Assembly: GCA_951406725.2 (NCBI GenBank)
Contig: OX597833.1
Coordinates: 20,336,001 to 20,400,000 of the forward strand
Direction: 5' to 3'
DNA: 64,000 nucleotides
From: Octopus vulgaris
Lineage: Eukaryota
Shown: in pieces, positions 36,401-47,332 of the stretch
Numbering within the stretch: the first letter of the stretch is position 1
How the letters are laid out: the number at the start of each line of letters is the position of its first letter
The notes under the pieces: generated by a model
Told to the model about the DNA's origin: nothing
The model's database searches: none
The model's input: the letters and a program-made list of their open reading frames with translations, nothing else
Made by a program: the position numbers and the translations under genes

Positions 36401-38383
36401 TTATATTTTGGGATGGTCATTTTTTTTTTCTTGCCAAGTAAACATACACACTATATATCCATTCTTCACTTATTTAACAAGTGAAGAACGAATATATAGT
36501 GTGTGTATTTATTTGCCCCCCCCCCCAAAAAAAACAACGACCATAGGCGTAGGAGTGGCTATGTGGTAAGTAGCTTGCTTCCCAACCACATGGTTCCGGG
36601 TTCAGTCCCACTGCATGGCACCTTGGGCAAGTGTCTTTTACTGTAGCCTCGAGTCGACCAAAGCCTTGTGAGTGGATTTGGTTGACGGAAACTAAAGAGA
36701 AGCCCATCATATATATGTATATGTGTGTGTGTATGCTTGTGTGTCTGTGTCCCTCCAAAATCGCTTGACAACCGATGCTGGTGTGTTTACTGGCACGGAA
36801 GCCAGTCAAGGTGGCGCTGGTATTGGCCATATTCAGATGGTGCTTTTTCCGTGCCACTGGCATTGGCATCACAACTACATTTTCCATTTGATCTTTTTAT
36901 TTATTTATTTAACACAGTGTATCTTGGATGAAATTATCCAATGTGTTTTTTTTTCCCCTATCCTTGAATTTTCTCTCCCTATTTCTTTCTTTGCAGGCCT
37001 TCAACACCTTCATTGATGACGTGTTTGCCTTTATCATTACAATGCCAACAGCTCACAGACTCGCATGTTTCAGAGATGATGTTGTATTTTTGATTTATCT
37101 TTACCAAAGATGGTGAGTTCATACCTACATGCCATCTCTCATAGTTTGCTGGGTTTCTTCCTACATCATTTTCCTTCTTTTTTTCTTCTCTTAGCTACAG
37201 TAAAGTACATATGAGGGATGTATGAAAAGTCTTGAGCCTCAAAAAACAAAACTGGGTACAAGGCTTCTGATGAAGGTACAAGATTTCAAGGCTCAAAACT
37301 TTTCATACATCACTCATATAATTGAGGGGTATATATTAGGTGGCTTAGTGGTTAGGATATTTGGCTCATGATTATGAGGTCATAAGTTCGATTCCTGGTA
37401 GTGCCTTGTGTCCTTGAGTGAGACACTTCATTTCATGCTGCTCCAGTACACTCAGCTGGCAAAGATGAGTAGTACCCATATTCTAAAGGGCCAGCCTTGT
37501 CACATTCTATGTCACACTAAATCTCATTGAGAACTACATTAAGGATACGTATGTCTGTGAAGTACTCAGCCACTTGCACATTAATCTCAAGAGCAGGCTG
37601 TCCCATTGATTGGTTCAGCTGGAACACTCATCATTGTAACCAATGGAGTGTCAGTTTATTAGGTCGTAAGTTCAATCCCTGGTGATGCATTGTGTCCTTG
37701 AGCAAGACACTTTGTTTCATGTTGCTCCAGTACACTCAGCTGGCAAAAATGAGTAGTACCTGTATTTCAAAGCCCTGTCACATTCTGTGTCATACTGAAT
37801 CGCCCTGAGAACTACATTAGGGGTACACGTGTCTGTGGATTGCTCAGCCACTTGCATATTAATTTTATGAGCAGGCTGTTCCATTGATCGGATCAACTGG
37901 AACACCCACCATCATAACCAGTGGTGTGCCAGTTTATTAGGTTATATAACAACTTCATGTCAGGTGTTAACATTGGAATATCATTGGTTGTAGTAGTTCT
38001 TGGTCTTTCTCTTGGTAGTCTCTTGAGTCTGAGAAAGACGATTCTACAAAATTGCTGAATGACCAAATGTTTTTTGCTGTCCAAAAGGTTTTTTTTAGCC
38101 CAATTGCTGTTATTTTAAGTTCCTCTATGAAGTGTACTAATCATTTCTTATTTAATCTCCAGTGAAACCACTGAAGTGAAAAGATAGAAGAATTATTGTA
38201 TAAAGATATTTGATATACTTCTTTGACCCCTGTTTTCACCTCCTTATTTTAAGACATCATTGATGATGTATTTTATTTTCTAGGTTATATCCTGTGGATA
38301 AGACCAGAGTCAACGAATATGGTATGTCTTATGAAGAAGACAAAGTCAAAACTGATTCAAAGAAGAAGAAGAAAGATGAATAA
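4399..38383 (+). CDS. CLPTM1L: CLPTM1-like protein / ER lipid scramblase, whole spliced gene model (17 coding exons, 1602 nt, 533 aa)
   Basis: Exons joined by eye via GT-AG sites give one open frame with matching phases. It contains family motifs [119 protein letters not shown]. Confidence 0.93.
5340..5815 (+). mobile_element. SINE family C body with GGCACGTAAAAGCAC repeats and (GAT)n tail
   Basis: GTTGGCGTTAGGAAGGGCATCCAGCTGTAGAAA motif and GACGTTAA(A)CGATGATG tail. Copies near 6870, 8695, 9420 and 16510. Confidence 0.7.
6244..6344 (+). CDS. CLPTM1L: CLPTM1L coding exon 2 ([10 protein letters not shown]...NFSLTEPTN)
   Basis: tttcag acceptor, gtaagt donor, 101 nt, phase 0 to 2, open frame. 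Confidence 0.85.
7507..7727 (-). mobile_element. SINE family A copy
   Basis: 16-bp TSD TGGAGAAATATTACCT, inserted inside another SINE. Confidence 0.85.
9741..10393 (-). mobile_element. Retrozyme / non-autonomous Penelope-like element: 363-bp unit, partial second copy and short inverted segment
   Basis: Direct repeat 9741-10103 and 10104-10362. 10360-10393 is the reverse complement of internal ATAGAATGG...AACAAGAA. Carries a hammerhead and is flanked by (TA)n on both sides. Confidence 0.7.
9963..10019 (-). ncRNA. Type I hammerhead ribozyme (intact core)
   Basis: Minus strand reads CUGC-UAC-UCUAGG CUGAUGA AGGA-CAACGA-UCCU GAAAC-ACGU-GUC^CCUAGA-U-GCAG: both conserved boxes, stems I/II/III and a GUC cleavage triplet. 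Confidence 0.85.
10547..10581 (+). ncRNA. Minimal Penelope-type hammerhead-like motif (U4C core variant)
   Basis: GTTT CCGACGA A GAGC-TCC-GCTC GAAACGTT AAAC, with palindromic stem III AACGTT. Confidence 0.55.
11760..12060 (-). mobile_element. CR1-type LINE 3' end (second copy)
   Basis: [26 protein letters not shown], homologous to 34535-34900. Confidence 0.65.
12368..12551 (+). CDS. CLPTM1L: CLPTM1L coding exon 3 ([21 protein letters not shown]...NLLTDKTP)
   Basis: tttacag acceptor, gtaagt donor, 184 nt, conserved TRxNGTLY motif. Confidence 0.92.
13703..13830 (+). CDS. CLPTM1L: CLPTM1L coding exon 4 ([23 protein letters not shown]...ELYRYI)
   Basis: ttccag acceptor, gtaagt donor, 128 nt, PVSHWR motif. 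Confidence 0.9.
15377..15449 (+). CDS. CLPTM1L: CLPTM1L coding exon 5 ([24 protein letters not shown])
   Basis: ttatag acceptor, gtgagt donor, 73 nt. Confidence 0.92.
17259..17311 (-). ncRNA. Degenerate type I hammerhead, relative of the 9963-10019 motif
   Basis: Minus strand reads UCUGCA UUGAUAA AGGG-CAAAUA-CCCC AAAAC-UA-GUC UGCAGA. Stems are intact; the core carries C>U and G>A changes. Confidence 0.6.
17463..17580 (+). CDS. CLPTM1L: CLPTM1L coding exon 6 ([26 protein letters not shown]...MKTL)
   Basis: aacag acceptor, gtgagt donor, 118 nt. Confidence 0.92.
18150..18647. mobile_element. ~500-bp interspersed repeat inserted in (TTA)n; copies also at 14217-14652 and 15600-16112
   Basis: Three homologous copies starting GAGTGA(G/A)AGAGCAGTGCAT right after (TTA)n; two end GAGCCACTGCCT. 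Confidence 0.8.
19141..19235 (+). CDS. CLPTM1L: CLPTM1L coding exon 7 ([31 protein letters not shown])
   Basis: tttag acceptor, gtaagt donor, 95 nt. Confidence 0.93.
21021..21105 (+). CDS. CLPTM1L: CLPTM1L coding exon 8 ([28 protein letters not shown])
   Basis: accag acceptor, gtgagt donor, 85 nt, LAFKND family signature. Confidence 0.95.
22493..22648 (+). mobile_element. RTE-type LINE reverse transcriptase fragment
   Basis: Translates [24 protein letters not shown]...[15 protein letters not shown] with one frameshift. Confidence 0.8.
23616..23719 (+). CDS. CLPTM1L: CLPTM1L coding exon 9 ([34 protein letters not shown])
   Basis: tgcag acceptor, gtaagt donor, 104 nt. Confidence 0.94.
24803..24868 (+). 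CDS. CLPTM1L: CLPTM1L coding exon 10 ([22 protein letters not shown])
   Basis: ttgcag acceptor, gtaagt donor, 66 nt. Confidence 0.93.
25003..25447 (+). mobile_element. Dimeric SINE family A insertion
   Basis: Two head-to-tail units enclosed by a single 17-bp TSD AGATCAGTCCTCAAACA. Confidence 0.8.
25855..26370. repeat. (GGT)-rich tract with a 67-bp higher-order minisatellite
   Basis: GATGTAGGTGGTGTCT recurs at 25962, 26029, 26096, 26163 and 26230. Confidence 0.9.
27261..28732 (+). mobile_element. 5'-truncated, decayed R4/Dong-clade LINE (RT C-terminus, CCHC finger, restriction-like endonuclease)
   Basis: Frameshifted peptides [43 protein letters not shown]...[32 protein letters not shown]. 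Followed by (AAT)n at about 28733-28769. Confidence 0.85.
29024..29074 (+). CDS. CLPTM1L: CLPTM1L coding exon 11 ([17 protein letters not shown])
   Basis: long polypyrimidine tract plus tag acceptor, gtgagt donor, 51 nt. Confidence 0.9.
29878..30170. repeat. (TATC)n/(CATC)n tetranucleotide microsatellite
   Basis: direct reading. Confidence 0.95.
31107..31152 (+). ncRNA. Minimal Penelope-type hammerhead
   Basis: GACAC CTGAAGA A GGCTG-GAGGGTATAT-CAGCT GAAACGTT GTGTT. Confidence 0.65.
31300..31382 (+). CDS. CLPTM1L: CLPTM1L coding exon 12 ([27 protein letters not shown])
   Basis: ttcag acceptor, gtaaga donor, 83 nt. Confidence 0.94.
31528..31562 (+). CDS. CLPTM1L: CLPTM1L coding exon 13 ([11 protein letters not shown])
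   Basis: tttcag acceptor, gtaaga donor, 35 nt. Confidence 0.93.
33443..33498 (+). CDS. CLPTM1L: CLPTM1L coding exon 14 ([18 protein letters not shown])
   Basis: ttgcag acceptor, gtacag donor, 56 nt. Confidence 0.95.
34535..34900 (-). mobile_element. CR1-type LINE 3' end
   Basis: Minus strand encodes HSSHDF..HF(F)[16 protein letters not shown] followed by a 3' UTR and an ATT-rich tail. A related copy lies at 11760-12060. Confidence 0.7.
35525..35988. mobile_element. Two adjacent piggyBac-like MITE copies (35525-35746, 35767-35988)
   Basis: CCCTTT...AAAGGG termini. The second copy has TTAA on both sides; the first only on the right. Near-identical ~220-bp bodies. Confidence 0.8.
36284..36328 (+). 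CDS. CLPTM1L: CLPTM1L coding exon 15 ([15 protein letters not shown])
   Basis: ttacag acceptor, gtgagt donor, 45 nt. Confidence 0.95.
36997..37112 (+). CDS. CLPTM1L: CLPTM1L coding exon 16 ([38 protein letters not shown])
   Basis: ttgcag acceptor, gtgagt donor, 116 nt. Confidence 0.96.
37211..37318. mobile_element. Small mariner-like MITE
   Basis: ATGAGGGATGTATGAAAAGTCTTGAGCCT ... AGGCTCAAAACTTTTCATACATCACTCAT inverted repeat with TA flanks. Confidence 0.6.
38284..38383 (+). CDS. CLPTM1L: CLPTM1L last coding exon ([32 protein letters not shown])
   Basis: ttctag acceptor, TAA at 38381-38383, C-terminal KKDE di-lysine motif. Confidence 0.94.
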
Positions 38384-39729
38384 GAGATGTTTAAATGACT
38401 CTGAAATATTGTTGTTTGGTTCTGCCAGCCACAGGAATTTTCCAAAACGATGCACAAAAAACAAAACAAACAAAAAAAAATCCACCCTTACAAAGAACAC
38501 TTCTTCCCTGATTTGTGTATCGACTTATATGTTTGTTATTGTCTGTAATAATTCTCCTCTTTATTGCTCTTATTTTCCCCTCTTCCTTGTGTCACATTAT
38601 CTCTTTTACTCACTCTCTCTCTCTTGGCCTCTGTATCATATTATCTCTTACTTTTCTCTCTCTCTCTCTCTCTCGAAAATATCTTTCTTAAGAAGCTGTA
38701 CTTCTGTCAGTGCAGTGTTGCTGTCCTGCTTACAGAGAAAACAACACAAAGGAGGGAACCATTCCTGGTATTCAGAATTTCGTGTTTTTTTGTCATGTCT
38801 CCTACATCTTCTTTTTCTTCCTCCTCCTCCTCCTCCATACAAGGCCATTTCAAATGTAATTATTGTCAGTCTCCTATATTTATTTATATTTATATATTTT
38901 TTTTGTGTGTGTGTGTGTATCTTCAAAACAACAGAATTTGCTGTTTTTGTGAGACATTCCAAAGACTATCCACACTGTTGTTATTGTTGTTTACCCCAGG
39001 TCAAACCTGATTGAGCGTACCTACGATCATAGATATTCCAGCAGTAACCACCTTGTCTTTTTTGTATATCGAGGGCTACATCATTTAGCAGGTCAACCAA
39101 TCATGTAGTGTCTCCCTCATCAACTCATTGTCTAACACGGTATCACTAACTTTTGTAGAAGTAGCCATGGCAAATCAACCAAGATTTTGAAAGTGAAAAA
39201 GCTGTGATGCGTTCTCCTAATGTGTGATGTTTCAATGAAGCAGACTTGTGTTTTGTAATAATACTTTTGGCTTAGAATGTCAGAAGATATTGTGAACAGA
39301 CTTTTAACCTATGAATTCATTTAGTTCTTTTGATTCAATCAATCAACGAACATACATTTGGGATGAGGAATGTCTGGGATCGGAAAGTGATAGGGTATAA
39401 ATATATTGATGAGTCTGGGTTATTGGCAGAGGGTTGGTGGTGTGGGGAAAGAGGGCTAGCTGGCAGAAACGTTAGCCCGCCGGGCGAAATGCTTTGCAGT
39501 ATTTCGTCTGCCGCTATGTTCTGAGTTCAAATTCCGCCGAGGTCGACTTTGCCTTTCATCCTTTCGGGGTCGATTAAATAAGTACCAGTTATGCACTGGG
39601 GTCGATATAATCGACTTAATCCGTTTGTCTGTCCTTGTTTGTCCCCTCTGTGTTTAGCCCCTTGTGGGTAGTAAAGAAATAGGTGTGGGGAAAGAGGGAC
39701 GGAGAAACTGCTAATTAAGCTTAAAAAAT

Positions 39730-41220
39730 GCAAGAGGCATTTGAGGACATATTTGCTGAATTAATAAATCAATCAAATGTATTTTAATTAAGAATTGTGC
39801 ACATGTTCTTGATATAAGCTTTCTTGTAAGATTATTCTATGAATCTACGTTCAGCTTTGATGACTGCTCCAATGCTGGACCAGAATCACTGACATGCCTG
39901 CATTAAATGGCCATTATTCATTTTGAAATCATCTGGACAATGGCAGCCTTCAGGGAAGCTGTGGTGCTGTGAAGATTTCGGTTAGTCTCCCTTCCAGCTA
40001 ATGCTCCAAATATAGTCATCCATAGGATTTAAATTTGATGAATTTGGAGGCCACAAGTTTGGTGATACACAATCATTATGTTTGCCTGGCACAATTTCTT
40101 GGGTTATGTGGTCTTTGTGAGAAGGTGCTGAGTCGGAGTGAAACACATATGACCTTCCATTGTGTACTTCATCCATCCAGCAGCATTGATGCTAAGAGCC
40201 TGTGGAAAGATGTGAGGTGGCATGACATGACCTTTGTCACTGACCCCTCCTGAAACCATCACAGTTGCTGGTAACTTAGTGTGCACCACTCTTTGGGGCA
40301 TCTGTCATTTCTCCTGTTGGAGTTTTGATCTTTGTTGAAGTATTTCTTATCAGAGAAGAACCAAAACATACCATGTTTGTGAGGGTTTTTAACCATATTA
40401 AGTAACCTCTTGGCACAGATTAACCCTTTCGTTACCAACCCAGCTGAAACCACCCCTGGCTCTGTGGTACAAATATCTTGTTTTCATAAGTTTTGAATTA
40501 AAATTTTCCACCAAACCTTAGTCACAATTTATGTTCCTAACACTAACTTAAAACTAAGCTATTTTACTAATTTCTTTGTTATATTTAAAATAATTGAAAG
40601 AAACACAGAGCATCTCAAAATATATACAGTGACGAAAGGGTTAAATGGTTTTCCTATGTCTTTACAGACATGAATTGACCTCTCCTCAGTACATAGGATT
40701 TATATTAAATGTTCTCATGCACCAGCATTCTCATAGTCCTCTCCTTTATCTCAGGTTCTTAGTGATGGCCCTCATTGATTTTTAGGGGCTCATTATTGAT
40801 ATGTTTTGAACACATTGGATGGACTGCATTGTCCTTATACTGTCTGAATATTTTAGACTGTTTTTCTTTTTTTTTTTTGTCTTTGATACAGTTGAAACAT
40901 TCCTACCAGAGTCTTCCAATTCTGAATTTTGTGTACAAAAGATCTTGCAACATTTAGAAAGTTGGCAATTTCTATATCACTGTGTTCTGCACATATAGCA
41001 ACTATGAGGCTGCATGTCTTTCCATTTCCTTGTGTTAGCATTTTATCTGTCACGAGAGAGCTTGTAACTGGTTTAGATATATTGGCTTAGAATGTCAGAA
41101 GATATTGTGAAGCAATGTGACTTGCCGAAAATACCAATTCTGTTAGTTGGTAGATAGTTAACATCGTTACAGAAATAACCACGAAATTAATTAAATATCT
41201 CAAATACCTCTCACACCTTG
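39730..41220 (-). mobile_element. Decayed Tc1/mariner transposon
   Basis: Fragments FFSDKKYF..NRRNDR, VMVSGGVS..GHVMPPHIF, YVFHSDSAPSH, WPPNSSNLNPMDDYIW. Degenerate terminal inverted similarity. Interrupted by a MITE at 40424-40640. Confidence 0.8.
40424..40640. mobile_element. piggyBac-like MITE nested in Tc1 relic
   Basis: TTAA|CCCTTTCGTTAC...GTGACGAAAGGG|TTAA, same family as 35525-35988. Confidence 0.8.
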
Positions 41221-41274
41221 TGTGTGTGTGTGTGTGCACACGCATGTCAAAATATATGTGTACTTGTGACCATT

Positions 41275-41313
<39 letters not shown>

Positions 41314-41978
41314 TATCGGTTTCTAAGAAGTATTTTGCACATGGGATGGGATATACTGAAGTTTATTTCATTGTCCATGGCATTCATGTGTGTGAATAAC
41401 ATTTCCCTCTTCTTTTATTTTCACTTTCTTTCTTCCTTTCTTTCAATCATTCATTCTCACTCTCTCTCTCTCTCTTAACCGTCTCAACACAATGTCACGA
41501 GAGCCAGTCTGTTGATAACTTTTTGCCCACACAGCAAGGCAGCAAAATTTGAACTCAGCACTGCAAGTTAAACAAAACACTCTCCCGACATACACAATGT
41601 TGCACTTCTCTGTGATTACCTATTTTACTCCTAGGTGGACTGGGCCTGGAAGAGCTAAGTGTATGTAGGTTTGTTTTTGTATGCAACACAGCCAAAATAT
41701 TGATGTCTTTATAAAAATAACCCCTCTTAACTCTTTGACCAATGGGGCCACATCTACATCCCTTGGCCAGTAGCAATTCTTAATCTATAGTTGGGACTTT
41801 GGTACGAAAGAATCAGCATTTTGATGCTCTTTAAATCTTTTAATGAATTTGGAAAAATGTCTTACTTTTTCTCTTCTTTTTTTTTTCAAATTCAGTTTGA
41901 TGAAGGAGACCAGATTTAATGTTTGTTTTTTAAAATCGGAATTTCATCCAGGGAAGCAGCATATATAAGGTGTATATA

Positions 41979-42035
<57 letters not shown>

Positions 42036-43575
42036 TGAAACTGCTGCAAAATGTGGATTTTTATTTGAAATGTCATGAAGCTGTTTATTCAGGAACGCTT
42101 TTATACTTTGGTTTAGAAGTAACATATTTTCTGATTATTTATTTACATATGTTTTTGGTGCTAAATCATTGAAATTGTTTGAGAATTGGGAAAAAAATCT
42201 TTTGAGCTATCAGAGACAATGGTAGAATGCTTTTGGTCAAGGAGAGAGGGTGAGAGGGAGAGAGAGAGAGAGAGAGAGTTCTTGAAAATAACTAATGATT
42301 AAAAGTGAAAACTTCCAAACTATAAGAAGAATGGCACAGGAATCATTATCATTTAAAAGAAAATCACATTAGTTTTAAGCCCTTTTACTGCAGAAAGCAG
42401 ATATATCCATTCAAAATTTCATTACCTTTAACTGCAGAAACCAGTTTTATATACCAATCTGTCTTTTGTTCAGGAATGTCATGTTAGGAACGATTTTCTG
42501 TTATGTCGAAGTTATCGAAGCAATGTGACTTGCAGAAAATACCAATTCTGTTAGTTGGTAGATAGTTAACATCATTACAGAAATAACCACAAAATTTAAT
42601 TTTGCAGTTAAAAGGTTAAAGAATTCTATGCAGGCTCAACTTAGTTTTACACTGTAACTTTGTATAATTATGCAGCATTGATTAAATTGTAACGTTTTGA
42701 TGCAGTCGTAGCATAATATTATATTTTTACATTGGTACAAGTTCTAGCTGGTGAGTGTTATAGCTTGTTAGAAATGGTTTGTTGTGCTGTTCATGCCTTT
42801 CTCGTATATTAATAGTATCAGAAAAACGAACATCTTTAGGTTAGTATTTAATCATCTCTGTCACATTTTGAATAATTTCTGTGATGTTTAGAATGAATTT
42901 TATGCATTTTTTTTCCTCTGAGAAAGAAACTCTTGTTGTTTCATGTAACAAAAGGTGTTTGAAAATGTCTTTATTTCTTTTAGGATTTTGCGTATAAAAT
43001 AACCATTATTAGTGTTGTTGGGGATGGTGGCTAACTGATTGAATCATTAGTGAATTGGACCAAATACTTAGTGGTATTTCCTCCAGCTCTTGACATCCTG
43101 GGTTCAAATTCCTCTGAGCTTGACTTTTGCTTTTCCTTTGGTCGGGGGGCGGGGGGATAAAATAAGTACCAGTTGAATACTGGGGTTGACTTACCTGCTC
43201 CCTTGAAACTACTGGTCTTGTGCCAAAACTTGAAGATGTTAGTATTATAGAACACGTGAAAATATGATATTAAGAAAAAATATGAATTCTTGTTTCTTCA
43301 CCATGGAAATTAGGACTCATCATCATCATCACCATCATTTAATGTCTGCTTTTGTATGTTTGTATGGGTCAGACGGAATTTGTTGAGGCATGCTTTTCCA
43401 TGGCTGGATGCTCTTCCTGTCATCAACCTTCTCCTGTTTCTAAGCAAGGTAATATTTTCCCAAAGCTAGGCATGGCTTTTTTCCTTTCTTTTCATGGAAG
43501 ACTGGAAATGTAAAATCTCATTTGTATGACAACAATACCCATTTACAACCATCACATGATGTTTAAACAAGGGTG

Positions 43576-43693
<118 letters not shown>

Positions 43694-44004
43694 GATATAC
43701 AATGGGCTTCTTTCAATTTCTGTCTATCAAATGCAGTCATATGGTTTTGGTTGGCCCAGGGCTATAAAGAGGATAGTTGCCCAAAGTGCTGAGCAGTGAG
43801 ACTAAACTCAAGACCACATGGTTAGAAAGCAAGCTTCTCAGCTACACAGCCATACCTGCACCTATATGAATGAAGGTAACAATTATCTATGTAAACACTG
43901 TCATAATAGGCATGAACTATTGACCATTCTCCATCCAGTTTCTCCTTCTGTTGCTCACAGATGCTGGATTAAGCATCTTTTAGTACCCAGTATTACTCTT
44001 TTTA

Positions 44005-44413
44005 CTCTTTTACTTTTTTACTTGTTTCAGTCATTTGACTGTGGCCATGCTGGAGCACCGCCTTTAGTCGAGTAAATCGACCCCAGGACTTATTCTTTAT
44101 AAGCCCAGTACTTATTCTATCGGTCTCTTTTGCCGAACCGCTAAGTGACAGGGACGTAAACACACCAGCATCGGTTGTCAAGCAATGCTAGGGGGATAAA
44201 CACAGACACACAAACATATACACACACATACATATATATATACATATATACGACAGGCTTCTTTCAGTTTCCGTCTACCAAATCCACTCACAAGGCATTG
44301 GTCGGCCCGGGGCTATAGCAGAAGACACTTGCCCAAGATGCCAAGCAGTGGGACTGAACCCGGAACCATGTGGTTGGTTAGCAAGCTACTTACCACACAG
44401 CCACTCCTGTGCC
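44005..44413 (-). mobile_element. SINE family B copy
   Basis: Full-length reverse-complement copy of the 62694-63110 family. Confidence 0.85.
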
Positions 44414-47118
44414 TAATAATTTATTCTTTGTGTTCTGAGTTCAAATCAAGCTGAGGTCATCTTTGCCCTTTTTTCTGCTAGGGTAGGTAAATAAAAGTAC
44501 TCAGTCTAAGATGGTAGATGGAATTGTTAGAGCATCAGATAGGATACCTGGTGGTGTTTGTTCTGGCTCTTTGCATTCTGAGTTCAAATCCTGCTGTGTC
44601 CTATATCAATGGTGAACATAACCTGTTGCTCAGTTTAACACCATCACCTGGTTCTTGGGCTACCTTTCATGGAACTCATTCTGTTGCAAGCATTTGGATC
44701 AGGTCTCTGACTTGATAATACCTTCTTCCTTCCTTCCCACCAATCTGCAAGGCCCTTTAAGGGCTCATGGGCACTTGTCTTCCCTCTTGACTAAGCAATA
44801 AATAAAAAATAAAAGGTGGGCTGTGTGGTAAGAAGCTTGCTTCCCAACCACATGGTTCCTGGTTCAGTCCCACTGCATGACACTTTGGGCAAGTGTCTTC
44901 TGCTATAGCCTTGGTGTTTAAACCGGACATATCCAGCCAAAATATTTTACCTGTTTTATGTTGAAAAAAACTCAGATCCAGCCTCTCACACCTACCCTAC
45001 AATGTCATTGTAAAATTATACACAATCACATCATTGAGATCTTGAATCTATGAGATATTGCATGATTAATTCAAAACGATGTGAATAAATTAGCATTACA
45101 TTTGACAATAATCCGAATGCTTAAGGGTTAAATGAATTTTCTCATTGATCTCAGGTTTTTGAAAGGTCTCTCTACTTAATAAGAGAACTTCATTAACCAA
45201 CAACAAACACATTTTTCTAATTTCATCTCTCAGTAACTAAATAGTTATATTTTATATTTATACGCCCTTTTCAAGCCTAACCAGGCTCATGGGCCCGGTT
45301 TCCCAGTTTCTGTGGCGTATGTGTTCCCCCCAGTTGGACGGGACGCCAGTCCATCGCAGCGTTACTCAAGAAACAGGAAGAGACAGTGAGAGAAAGTTGT
45401 GGCGAAAGAGTACAACAGGGGTCGCTACCACCCCCTGCTTTATCGACACTTCAAATCATGTTGTGTTGTTCTGGTTTAACCCTTGGTCGTCCCTTATTAA
45501 GCACCTCCATGTTTGAAGTAGTTCTAGTTGTGGTGACTGTACAATACTGTCTTTTTTTTCTACACAGCACAGTCAAAACCACATGACATGCAATATGTCC
45601 TTCTCTGAGATTGTGTAAGGGATTTGAGAGAGAGAGAGATTTGACTGCTATCTCTAGCAGGTTAAGTGACAATGTTGTACATGCTCCCTTGTTGGCAAGT
45701 TTGAAATCATGTAACTCACTGGTCTCAACCTTGTTTTTTACCTCATAATTGATTTCATGCTAGACAATTTTTCCATGGACAAGGACATTATGTGAATAAC
45801 AAAACAGAATAAAGTACATAATTTAATTATTACACACACACACGCATTACATATATAATGCAAAAATACTCTGCAGGTTGCAATAGTCAATGAAATAGTG
45901 ATAAAATTTTAAAATTCTTTCTGTGTGGTCCACTGTTGGTTGGGGACCTCTGATGTAACTTATACTCTTTTACTTGTTTCAGTCATTTGACTGCGGCCAT
46001 GCTGGAGCACCGCCTTTAGTCAAGCAAATCGACCCCAGGACTTATTCTGTGTAAGCCTAGTACTTATTCTATTGGTCTCTTTTGCCAAACTGCTAAGTTA
46101 TGGGAACATAAACACGCCAGCATCAGTTGTCAAGCGATGTTAGGGGGACAAACACAGACACACAAACACACATATATATATATATACATATATATGATGG
46201 GCTTCTTTCAGTTTCCGTCTACCAAATTCACTCACAAGGCTTTGGTCGGCCTGAGGCTATTGTAGAAGACACTTGCCCAAGGTGCCACACAGTGGGACTG
46301 AACCCAGAAACATCTGGCTCGTAAGCAAGCTACTTACCACACATCCACTCCTGTATCTATGAGTTATTGCTAGAAAAGACCAATATTTGAAGAAATAGTC
46401 CTATCTTCTGCATGAGCTAACTGTAGAGTCTCTCTGTCTGACCTATCTATTTGTCTCTCTCCCTGACTGTGTCCTCATCTTCCAGACACCCCCTCCTGTC
46501 TAACACTGAACATGCAATACTCAATCCTAACTTTCCAAGACTAATCCTCCTTGCTTCTGTTTCTCTGACAAATCTCGATTTAAAAATATCTAAGCATTAA
46601 CAAGATCATTCTTATCCAACCAGTCTGAGAGGACCTAAAAATGGCCATGTCCCTTCCTTCTCTTATGATTAAGTTAAAAAAACAATATTAGAGAATTAAC
46701 AAAGCTGAGCTGAAATTTTGAAATTTCATGAAGACGATACAATAAGTCCTTTCCTCATAAGCAGACTATAATACTATAGAAGAGAATGGTCCATTTTTTG
46801 GTGTTTCCACTGTTATACTCTGCTTTGGGGAAGCCGCATGTTATTCTTGTCTTTGATTATTTGGAGGTTTATTCCATTATTTCGTGATATTCCACAAGTT
46901 TCTTAATCAGTCGTTGTTTGATTATATTTACCCTTTAAAATTGTCAAATGTAATACTTATTTATTCACATTGTTTTGAATTAATCATGCATTATCTCATA
47001 GCTTCAATGATGTGATTGTTTATTTTAGAATGACAATGTAGGGTGTATGTGTGAGGGGCGAGATCTGGCCAGTTTGAACATAAAACTGATAGAATATGAC
47101 TGGATATGACTGGTCTAA

Positions 47119-47332
47119 CCCTTTCGTTACCAACCCGGCTGAAACCGGCTCTGAGTACAAATGTCTTGTTTTCATAAGTTTTGAATTAAAATCTTCCACC
47201 AAATCTTAGTCACAATTTATGTTCCTAACACTAGCTGAATGGTAAATAAATTATTTTACTAAATTCTTTGTTATATTTAAAATAATTGAAAGAAACACCA
47301 AGTGTTTCAAAATAAATACTGTAATGAAAGGG
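47119..47332. mobile_element. piggyBac-like MITE
   Basis: CCCTTTCGTTAC...GTAATGAAAGGG|TTAA, same family. Confidence 0.75.

Noticed and set aside
37265-37290. CTGATGA motif
   Set aside because: It lies in the spacer of a mariner-like MITE with no hammerhead stems.
38319-39014. 231-aa ORF overlapping the last CLPTM1L exon
   Set aside because: It is out of frame with the true exon and runs through low-complexity 3' UTR with no recognisable domain.
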